A stretch of DNA of 64,000 nt from Eledone cirrhosa (Eukaryota). The notes beneath the pieces are model-generated. The model was not told the origin of the DNA, searched no databases, and saw nothing but the letters and a program-made list of their open reading frames with translations. How positions within the stretch are numbered: the first letter of the stretch is position 1; the number at the start of each line of letters is the position of its first letter. The stretch is from contig OZ024740.1 of the NCBI GenBank assembly GCA_964016885.1, positions 118,482,001-118,546,000 of the forward strand. The letters run 5' to 3'. The translations under genes and the position numbers were made by a program. Of the stretch, positions 53,738 through 64,000 are shown piece by piece.

Positions 53738-56700
53738 AATATCTTTAAGTCGTTTGGAAGCCTCGACAATGCAAATGGGTAAATCTCCGGGTAACAAGAT
53801 CCGGTGGTGGAGAGAGAGATGTAAGAGGGTGTACGTTGAGATGCGTGGTGTGTATAAGATGTGTAAGATGTGTAGAAGAATGAAGGGAAGAGTATAAAGG
53901 ATAAAATAAAAATAACAACACAAGAGAGAGTTACCTTGGGAGAGATTTAATAGTCCCTATATATTTCGGATTCACATCCATCAACTGGGGTTTTTTTCCG
54001 GGGTGGGGGAAAGGTTGTCTCTCGGACAGGTGCGAAACGCGTCCTTCGCTGTTTGTTGTTTGAATATCTGAGGTATTCGGCAGAGCGCGCGTGCGCGGGA
54101 AATGGGGTCGGTCGGGCAGAGGTCAGCGGCCGAATGAGGGAGTGGGGTGGCGCTAGCTGTCAGTCCATTCTCTACCTGTTTGTTAAATGTTACTGTGTGT
54201 GTGTGTGCGTGTGTTGTTGTCTCGCTTGAGTGTGTGTGTGTGTGCGTGTGTTGTTGCCTTGTTCCTCTGTATTGGCAGTGTAGTATGTTCGTATGGTGGA
54301 ATGCTACTGTGTGTGTGTGCGTGTGTGTGTGCAGTTGTCTCGTTTGTGTGCGTGTGTTGTGTGTTGCTGCATCGTTTGTTAACTTAAACCAGCCATCTCA
54401 TTTCGCTTCTCTCTGATCGGTTGTTTATTTGCGGTTGCAGGCGTTTGATAAAAAGCGCTTCCTTGATACGTAACGTGCCGAAGTTTCTTTCAGTCGCTAG
54501 AATTGTGACAATGTGCCTTCCGTCTTTGTTTCCGCATTTTTCTATGTGTTTCCGGAAAGATGAGGCCCTGGTTTTAGTGTGTTCCTTGATCCGGATTTGC
54601 AAAGATCGGATTGTGCTACCTATGTAGTATTGGTTGCACCTGTCACATTCTATCTTATACACGACGTATGTGCGTAGGCAACAGTTCGCATGGCGTGTCG
54701 GGCAGTCTCTGAGGGAGCATGCGTTAGTAGATTTCCCGGGTTTCCTGGAGAGGCATCTTCGCAGGGAGGGGCCCGAGTGGGCCAGGTGGATGTCGAGGCC
54801 CTCCCTCCGTATAGCCTTGCGGATAGCGTTGGTGGTATTCTCGCCCAGGTGTGGAATTTTAAGGAAGCACTTGCCTTGGGTGCCTCTCTGTCTCTTGTGT
54901 CTGGTGTCTCCTATTATGTCTGTGATCGAGGTAGGGTACCCGTTCGTCTCCAGCATCTCGAGTAATCGCTTGGTATGAGTGACACCACTCGAGGGATCGC
55001 TGCATCTGTTTTTGATTCGCGCGATCTCGTTCGTGATGTATACTCTTTTAGAACTGTTAGGGAGGGCGGACTTGTAGTGAACGAACAGGTCCCTGCAGGC
55101 TGCCTTTCGGTAGAAGTTGCAGTGGATCCTTCCCTGTTCCGTGATGTTGATTCGGAAGTCGAGGAGGGCAAGTGACCCGTCTTCGTTGGGGTGTTCAACA
55201 CTGAAGTCAATGTTCTCGTCCGTGTTGTTGAACGTCTGATAGATTCTGTTCGCCGTGTCTTGGGAAGATGTGAGGTTGAGGATATTGTCCACGTACCTTG
55301 TGAAAAAGGCTACAGCGTTTGGGTGGCAGGCGTTGAGTGCCTTGCGGTCGAGGTTGTCCATGTAAGAGATCGCTAGCACACCTGATAGGCTTGATCCCAT
55401 GGGCAATCCCGAGGTTTGTTGGTATATTTGGTCAAGGAATCCGAAGTAGGTGTTGTCGACGACGATGGATAGGATTTGGTGGATGTCAGTGGTGGTGAGC
55501 CCGAAGCAGTGTAGGTCGGTGGATTGGACGCGTTCCATCAGTATATTGAGGGTCGGGAGGGCCTGGACCGAGGTGTAGAGAGCGACTACATCAAGGCTGA
55601 AGGCATATCTGTTATTCCTTCTGGTGTCGGGATCCATTTGATGCAGGCGCTTCAACACCTCCTCGGAGCAGTTAACGTGTCCCGGCAAGGTGTCTAAGAT
55701 GGGTTTGAGTATTCTGGCTAGGAGCCATGAAATTTTGTAGAGTGGTCCCTCCACGTTCGATACGATGGGCCTGATCTTCAGGTCAGGTCCCTGTTTGTGT
55801 ATTTTCACGAGGTGGTAGAAGGCGGGTAGTCTGCTGTTCCTCGTGAGGAGGTTGTATCTCAGCTTCTTCGGGAGCTTCCGCCGGTCGCAGATGTTGGGCG
55901 GCGTTGACGTGCGCTTCTATCTGCGCGGGAGTGATTCCCGTGACCTTGGAGTAGAGGTTGTCATCGTCAAGGTGTTGGAGGGCCAGGGTGTTGTAGGCCT
56001 CTCTGCTGATGACGCAGAATTCTTTTCCCTTGTCGGAGGGGAGATAGATGAGGTTCTTCGATTTTAGGTTGGAGAGAGTGGTGAGTTGAGATTTGGTGAC
56101 GTTATGTGTTGTGCATGTGTGTGTGTGTTTGTGAAGTATATCCGAGATGGAGTGTTTTAGCCTGATGAGTTTAGTGTCGAGTTCGTGGTTGGTGGGTGGG
56201 GGGTGGAGTGGGTTGTCGGGGTGGTAAGTGGCGGAACTTGGGGTGGGTTGCGTGGGCGCTGTTATTTTCTGTGGCGCTGTTGATGGCGGTCACCAATTTA
56301 AGTTGGTAAGCGGCTCGACAGAAGTTGGCCTCGATGTTGAGTTTGAGTCTGTCGTCGAGACGTTGTGAGACGATGAACTTGGGTCAGAGGTGTAGGAGTT
56401 TCAGCTCGTCGCTCGTGAGAGTGCCGGTTAGGTCGGTGACCAGGTGCGTCGCATCGTTGAGGTATGGCTCGGTGTTGGTGGATGCGGCGGTGGGGGTTGT
56501 TAAGTTGTTGTTTCCCACGTGGTTCTGGTCCGTCTGTTCGTTAGTGTCGATGTTCTCGTTGTGGTGTTTCGACGAGATCCACTCATATTCTCGCTTGAGC
56601 CGTTTTTTCTGGTATTGGACTCTGGAGTGGTAGCACTGGTCGATTGCTTTAGTGATTTCAGGAGCAAGTCCCCGGGTGCCATTGGCAGTCAATGTGTCCG

Positions 56701-57048
56701 CTCTGAGAGTGTCCGCTTATGGACGTGTAATTGGCGGTTGAGATGTCTCAGGATCTGTTTAATACACGTGCGATGTATGCGGTTAGTGGTGATTTGGAAA
56801 GCTGGTGTACGTAGGCTTATTGGTAAACGGATGTATTTTATCCTTTATCCTCTTCCCTTCATTCTTCAACACATCTTACACATCTTATACACACCACGCA
56901 TCTCAACGTACACCCACTTAAATTTCTCTCTCCACCACCGGATCTTGTTACCCGGAGATTTACCCATTTGCATTGTCGAGAGTTCCAAACGACTTAAAGA
57001 TATTTACTTATTATTCCACAATGCTTCAAGCAAACTTCAATACTCTCT
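53735..57048 (-). mobile_element. PLE family B, nearly full ORF, with inverted pLTR piece (56833-57048)
   Basis: 3' pLTR at 53735-54383 matches 9157-9800. The N-terminal region is frameshifted. Confidence 0.92.
54384..55808 (-). CDS. PLE RT plus GIY-YIG (catalytic motif reads YVDN)
   Basis: KIHK, IRPIVS, FSLDVVALYTSV, GLPMGSSLS, RYVDNI and VVYKIEC..C..YYIGST motifs. Confidence 0.9.
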   Translation of the reverse strand: MKIHKQGPDLKIRPIVSNVEGPLYKISWLLARILKPILDTLPGHVNCSEEVLKRLHQMDPDTRRNNRYAFSLDVVALYTSVQALPTLNILMERVQSTDLHCFGLTTTDIHQILSIVVDNTYFGFLDQIYQQTSGLPMGSSLSGVLAISYMDNLDRKALNACHPNAVAFFTRYVDNILNLTSSQDTANRIYQTFNNTDENIDFSVEHPNEDGSLALLDFRINITEQGRIHCNFYRKAACRDLFVHYKSALPNSSKRVYITNEIARIKNRCSDPSSGVTHTKRLLEMLETNGYPTSITDIIGDTRHKRQRGTQGKCFLKIPHLGENTTNAIRKAIRREGLDIHLAHSGPSLRRCLSRKPGKSTNACSLRDCPTRHANCCLRTYVVYKIECDRCNQYYIGSTIRSLQIRIKEHTKTRASSFRKHIEKCGNKDGRHIVTILATERNFGTLRIKEALFIKRLQPQINNRSERSEMRWLV

Positions 57049-57258
57049 TATATATATATATATATACAAATAAATACACATACACATATACATATATATA
57101 TACACACACACATATATATATATATATATATCTATATATATATATATATATACATATACATGCACATATATACACATATACATACTTATACACACACACA
57201 TACATACACATATATATACAAATATATACATATACATATATATACATATACATATGTC

Positions 57259-57300
<42 letters not shown>

Positions 57301-57501
57301 TATACACTAATACATACACATATACACACATATAAACATATACACACATATATATACACACACATACACACATATACACAAATATATATATATATATATA
57401 CACACATATATATATACATAAACATTCACATACCTACATATATACATAAATACATATACACACATACATATACACACATATATATACACCCATATACATA
57501 C

Positions 57502-57552
<51 letters not shown>

Positions 57553-57778
57553 TATATATATATAAAAAAGAAATACATACACAGATATATACACATATAT
57601 ATATACATATATATACATATATATATATATATGCACATATACATAAACATACATATACACATATATACACATATTTACATATATACACATACACACATAT
57701 ACACACATACATACACATACATATACATATACACACATATACACACATACACAAATACATACATATGGACACATATAC

Positions 57779-57809
<31 letters not shown>

Positions 57810-58416
57810 TATACAAATATATACATATATATATACACACATACATATATATACACATATACACACACACACACATATATATATCGCATACATATTAAAA
57901 CCTACTACAGTCAGTAGGCATCTCTAACAAAATACACCCCCGTCCCACCACCCCCACCCCATCCACACCGCCCCCTTCTATGTAAAGTTATATTGGTGCC
58001 ACACCATCCAGGCCGAAACAAATGAGATCGTGTAGGTGTCACGACAAAAAAAACACACAGTCCACGCTGTAATGTGGCCGTGTAGGCAACACGGTAAAAA
58101 CCTCACAGACCCACACTGTAAATGTGGTTGGTGTTAGGAAGGGCATCCAATTGTAGAAAACCTGCCAGACAGTCCTATGCGAACAAGACAATCACTCTTG
58201 CCTCAAGTGGGAAAACCCCCGTCCGAACCCATGCAAGCGTGGAACACGGACGTTAAACGTTGATGATGATGATATGCACATATATATATATATATATTGA
58301 AACAAAATGAAAACGAAATTTCATTTCTCACTCTTAGTATGGCACTTACTTAAATGCAAGTATGCATGTATACGTACATACATATATGTATACAGACGTA
58401 CAGTAGCATGCACATA

Positions 58417-58448
<32 letters not shown>

Positions 58449-58607
58449 CATATGCATACAGGTACACATACATATATGCACGTATCAGTTTAGCGGCGCT
58501 TATTATAACGTCGCTTTGTTCGTTTGTAAACAAACTGAACAGCCTGAATTTATGCCATACGGTGTTAAGGCAACCACGTCACCTTTTTGTTCAACACTGA
58601 CACAGGA

Positions 58608-58650
58608 ACGATGTACTAGTTTCAAGCTTGTTAGCTATCATCAGCACCGT
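58608..58650 (-). ncRNA. Minimal type I hammerhead; identical copy at 59080-59122
   Basis: Minus: ACGGTG-CTGATGA-tAGCT aaca AGCTt-GAAA-CTAG-TA-CATCGT. Confidence 0.9.
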
Positions 58651-58724
58651 TTACCCATCTGCCAGATAGTTGATCGTTCGAAAGTATATACTTTCCTTAT
58701 GAAAAATAACGGCTGAGCAGCCTA

Positions 58725-58732
58725 ATTTGCAT
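58725..58732 (-). promoter_or_regulatory. Octamer ATGCAAAT, also at 59197-59204 and 36450-36457
   Basis: Exact match, kept in the diverged copy, about 75 nt upstream of the HHR. Function is inferred only. Confidence 0.35.
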
Positions 58733-59363
58733 ATTGAGTGAGTTAAATCGGTCAGGCATACCGAAAACGATAAATTGAAACAAAATGAAAACGAAATTTC
58801 ATTTCTCACTCTTAGTATGGCACTTACTTAAATGCAAGTATGCATGTATACGTACATACATATATGTATACAGACGTACAGTAGCATGCACATATATATA
58901 TATATATACATATATATATACATATGCATACAGGTACACATACATATATGCACGTATCAGTTTAGCGGCGCTTATTATAACGTCGCTTTGTTCGTTTGTA
59001 AACAAACTGAACAGCCTGAATTTATGCCATACGGTGATAAGGCAACCACGTCACCTTTTTGTTCAACACTGACACAGGAACGATGTACTAGTTTCAAGCT
59101 TGTTAGCTATCATCAGCACCGTTTACCCATCTGCCAGATAGTTGAACGTTCGAAAGTATATACTTTCCTTATGAAAATTAACGGCTGAGCAGCCTAATTT
59201 GCATATTGAGTGAGTTAAATCGGTCAGGCATACCGAAAACGATAAATTGAAACAAAATGAAAACGAGTGCATATGTATATATATATGTATATATATATAT
59301 ATATATATGTGCATGCTACTGTACGTCTGTATACATATATGTATGTACGTATACATGCATACT

Positions 59364-59419
<56 letters not shown>

Positions 59420-59484
59420 TACACATAGATATACACATACATACATACACATATACATACATACATATACACATATACATACAT

Positions 59485-59551
<67 letters not shown>

Positions 59552-59566
59552 TACATATATTCACAT

Positions 59567-59605
<39 letters not shown>

Positions 59606-60411
59606 CACACATATATATACATATACATATATATATATATATATATACATATATACATACACACATATATATACATATATATATATATACATATATATAC
59701 ATATATACATATATATACATATATACACATATATATACACATATACACACACATACACATACATACACATATAAATATATGTATATATATATATACAAAT
59801 AAGTACTCATAAATATCCACATATACACAGGCACATAAAAACAGCTCTACAGGCAGAAAATGCAGATAGGTAAGAGGTACTCACATAACCATAGTGGCAG
59901 TATTTCAACTTGAGGAGGATGGGGGTGGGGAAGGAGGTAGAGGGGCTAAAAGGAGGCTTTAGCACTGGCTTAAGGTATTTGCAAAGTTCTTGTGCATGCA
60001 GTTCGGGCAGTGTTCAGAGAGATTGTTCAGTAGCGAACCCTTGGCGAATAAAATTTCATAGCTCTCTGAGATACAAAGGTCGCAACCCTTTTATCCTCCG
60101 TAGTAAGCGCACGCTAATTGGAGTATTTTCCATATATATGTGTATATTTTATTTTTGCTGAACCACCAACTGCTCTGTTAAATCAGCTCTTCAACATTAC
60201 TGGAATTCTATAAGAATACAGCGTCTATAATTAAAGGCAGAAACGAAGGGGTGAGTCGATTTTATAACTACTAACAAGCAAGAAACAGGACTGTCGATTA
60301 CTCCCCTTTGTTTTTGCTGAGAATAAGTAAGTGACATAGTCACTACTTTAAAATTCATAGCGAATGGTGCTCAAAATTTTTTTTAATTAAACATACAGTA
60401 TATTATTAAAT

Positions 60412-61483
60412 AGACTTGTTCATTATAGTCCTCCCAGCCATAACAGAGGAGTTTAAGACTGGATGCCCATGGGAATTTCTATATGCTGATGATCTGGCTC
60501 TTATAGTAGAATCAGAAGAGGAGCTAGGGAATAAATTCTGGCTATGGAAACAGCAGTTTGAATCAAGAGGAATGAGAGTGAACATAGCTAAGACAAAATT
60601 GTTGATAAGTAGAAGAGAGGACAATACCCCGATTCCATCAGAGAAATTGCCATGTTTGATATGTAGGAAATCAACTGGCATAAATTCCATAAAATGTACG
60701 CAATGCAGATCTTGGGAACACAGGATATGTAGTGGGATAGTATGCAAACTAACAGGTAGGGAAAACTATGTGTGCAGTAGATGTACAGGCAAAGCTGGCA
60801 GTAATAATCGCAGTGATAGACACATTTTTCCAATGCAGGTGGGTTCTATAGAAGTGGTTCATAGCTTCCGGGACCTAGGAGATCAGATTAGCATGGGAGG
60901 GGGGGGGGTTTCCGAGGCCATAGTATCTAGAATAAGGTCGGGTTGGAAGAAGTTTAGGGAGCTGCTTCCTGTGTTGACAAAAAGGGTTTCTCCCTGCATA
61001 CGAAAGGACGGTTATATGATGCCTATGTGAGATGCGCGATGCTGCATGGTAGTGAGTCATGGGCAAGCAACTACAGAGGATATGTGATAGCTGGAGAGAA
61101 ATGAAGCAAGTATACTCCGTTGGATGTGCAATGTCAATGTGTGTCAACGACCAAGCATGGATGAGTTGAGAAAGAAACTGGCTATAAGAGGGATAAGTTG
61201 TGGTGTGCAGGAGAGAAGGCTGAGATGGTATGGGCATGTGATGCGCATGGAGGATGACCGCTGGGTAAAGAAGTGCCCACAAATCCTAGTAGAAGGGAGA
61301 CGCAGAAGAGGTAGACCACGTAAAACATGGGTGGAGGTGGTGAGAGCAGACCTCAGATCGCTGAAACTCACTGAGGAGATGACAAAGGACCGTGAAAAGT
61401 GGAGAGATGCTGTGTTGAATAGGACCCGTCCGACCCTTGCATGCAGGGAAAAACAGACGTAAAATGATGATGATGATGATGAT
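60412..61483 (+). mobile_element. RTE LINE 3' portion with (GAT)n tail
   Basis: FLYADDL, C..C..C..C..H..C finger and RRLRWYGHVMR..GRPRKTW motifs. Confidence 0.9.
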
Positions 61484-61844
61484 ATTATATATACATTCAT
61501 ATATATATATGTTTATTCCGGCTTCAATGTTGGGTAACTACAGATAGTAAGGTGTTCACTACATAGTAGATTATATACAATATTTAATATAGAAATGGCT
61601 TCTACAGGACTAGAACTCTTTGAAATGAATGAAACAGTTCGAGTCCTATAGAAGCCATTTCTATATTAAAGTGTGTGTGGTGTGTGGTGTGTGTGTGTGA
61701 TGTGTGGTGTGTGTGTGTGTAATGAATAAAAATAACCAGGATTAAATTATTCAACTAATTTAATCAACATTTCTATCAAATTTACCAACTACATGGCTAA
61801 ACATCTCCATTCGAAAAACGTTTTCATAATTGATAGAAGCTAAG

Positions 61845-62500
61845 GATTAGGAAGACCCAGGAAGACCTGGGATGATGTGTTAAAAGCTGACCTTGCACAA
61901 GTGCATCTCTCAAAGACAGTGACGCAGGATCAAGATCTTTGGCGTTATGCAGTAATACAGAAGATTCAACTTCTATTGCACATGAAGTCAAACATACTTC
62001 CAGTAGGCATCTCTTAACTCCGTAATCCACTATGCCCCCTTCCATACATACCTACACACCTACACTACCTTCCCACTCCTGTCTACACCAACCTTACACT
62101 GTAAAGTTATGTTGGTATCATAAAATAATCCTGTCCACACTGTAGAGTGGTTATGTTGGTGTCATGACAAAAGGCACTCAGCCCACACGGTAAAGTGGTC
62201 CAGTAGGTCTCATGACAAAAAGCACTCAGCCCACGCTGTAAGGTGGACATGAATGTAGGTGTCACAACTAAAAGCACCCAGCCTACACTGTAAAGTTGTC
62301 ATATAGGAGTAATGAAAAAGAGCACCCAGCACACACTCTAAATGTGGTTGGCATTAGGAAGGGCATCCAGCCACAGAAATCTAGCCAGAAACAGCGCTAT
62401 TTGTGCAAGACATGGTCACCTGACCTGACTTGCCTCTAATTGGACAACCTGTCGAACCCATGTTGGCATGGAAAATGGATGTTAAACAATGATGATGGTT
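61845..62500 (+). mobile_element. RTE 3' end with about 45-bp subrepeats in the UTR
   Basis: GRPRKTWD remnant, repeated cacactgtaaag..acaaaagcac.cagc and a (GAT) tail. Confidence 0.75.
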
Positions 62501-63920
62501 ATACATATATAGTTTGAGGTTACCGCCGATCGAACCCGGGACACACACACACATATATATATATTTATTTATAACTGCAAAACTGGCATCAGATACAGTG
62601 TGAAAGTTACAAGAATATAGGAATGCTTGAATATGGGACAATATTGGTAAACAGATGTCTCAAAAATAGCAACATGATCAGGACAAATAATTCAGTGGTC
62701 ACCAGCTGTTGAAATAAACTTACATTGTTCAACCACTAACAAGGCCAAACGCAAAATCTAAGCAGGTCTGTTAGACTCACCTAATGAAACATGTGTATTC
62801 AGAAAATATGTAAGAAAACAATCCTGTATAGTACACCCATTATATATATATGTATATATAAACTGAAGAAAATAAACAAACAGAAACAAAACAAAATGAA
62901 AAACATTTGTTTAAGGGGAAACCGTAATAGATCATTTTAAAAAATAAATATACAAACGAAGGATGCAGAACTCTATGGTCATCGGTTGTTGAGATGGACT
63001 TGGGCAGTTTCGACCCTTACCAATGGAACTGCTGGTCCAGCCGGGGTTAGTGTCTGAAAGCCTAACATAGTACAAGGAGTGAGAGATGAAAGACAAAACA
63101 GTAATATATAGCTGTTAAGCTACAAAACATACAATTACGTGTGACGTTAGGGAAAATGTCTGGTACCTCACATAGCATGTGAAATATGAGTGAAACAAAA
63201 ATAACAGATTCCTGCCAACTCTTACACGGGTGGACGCCGTCCGTGTAACTTATGTCATTGTAAGATATATTTGGCCGATTACTACAAACTCATAAAATTC
63301 TTTCACTACAATCTCGTATTTAGTATTCCGTCCCACCTATAGTTTAGCAGTACCAGTGAGAGATTTGGTGATTGTAGAAGGGGAATAGTAATCAGAAATT
63401 GTGTTTTTTTACATTTTTATATTTTTAATATTTTTTTATATTTTTCTATATATTTACTCCTTATAGATTTACTTATTGTTTCGACTTCCTCCCCCTCCCC
63501 CTCTCTAGTATACTTCTCTCGACCTCTTATCCTTGGGATTCTGCTGTAGTTGTCACTTTCAACGCACGACTGGGTTTCCTCCACTCCCTCTCCCTCTTTC
63601 TTCTACTGGCACGTTCAGCTACCCCTACCTTCCACAAAATGCCATGATAGAATTATGTGTCTCAACAACAAAATTTTGACCAATCCTTTTGACAATCACT
63701 TTTACCATATATGGAATTACCCACTGAGAAGTTCGGCTATTAATTTACCAGGATAAACATTTTCATTTAGTCCAGAATTAGCCGTCGAAACGGCTTGAGC
63801 TCAGCCATCGGGGTCCTACTCGTTCCTATTACCCCCTCTACTACCCTAAGTATTGAGTACTTTGGTGCGTTATGGTCCGTCTGGTTCCTTACCACATTTC
63901 CTTTGTTATATATATATATA

Positions 63921-64000
63921 ATCTATATATATAAAACTGTGGTTGTCTGTCTGTCTATCGATTTTTGGCACACATCTCCTCTTAGAATCTCTGACGGAAT
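63921..64000 (+). mobile_element. Possible Helitron-type non-autonomous element start
   Basis: a|TCTATATATATAAAA followed by (GTCT)n; cut by the window edge. Confidence 0.35.

Larger units (their letters stand above)
58296..59368 (-). repeat. HHR-bearing tandem repeat, about 2 x 472-478 bp, plus about 100-bp inverted piece (59267-59368)
   Basis: attgaaacaaaatgaaaacg occurs at 58296, 58774 and 59246. Confidence 0.95.

Noticed and set aside
63720-63830. CTGAGAA..cggcta/tagccg..GAAAC possible long-loop hammerhead
   Set aside because: The C3-G8 pair is broken and I found no stem I. At most a decayed relic.

Overview
AT-rich animal DNA made almost entirely of repeats. The mix of (TA)n microsatellites, tRNA-SINEs, RTE LINEs and Penelope-like elements (PLEs) suggests a cephalopod such as Octopus; this is an inference. 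I can support no host protein-coding gene. The window holds at least five PLE families (RT + GIY-YIG) with inverted or direct pseudo-LTRs, several decayed RTE LINEs, SINEs and MITEs. The main hidden signal is about 30 type I hammerhead ribozyme (HHR) motifs, intact or decayed, on both strands, all folded by eye. Four unrelated non-coding tandem families (monomers about 313, 475, 540 and 635 bp) each carry one HHR per monomer, so they look like retrozymes or circRNA-forming parasites of the neighbouring PLEs. One of these has a conserved octamer upstream of its ribozyme. Two related pLTR families carry a variant core (UUGAAAA, U3-A8). The near-complete PLE has an in-phase U UUU UUA slippery site between its two ORFs.
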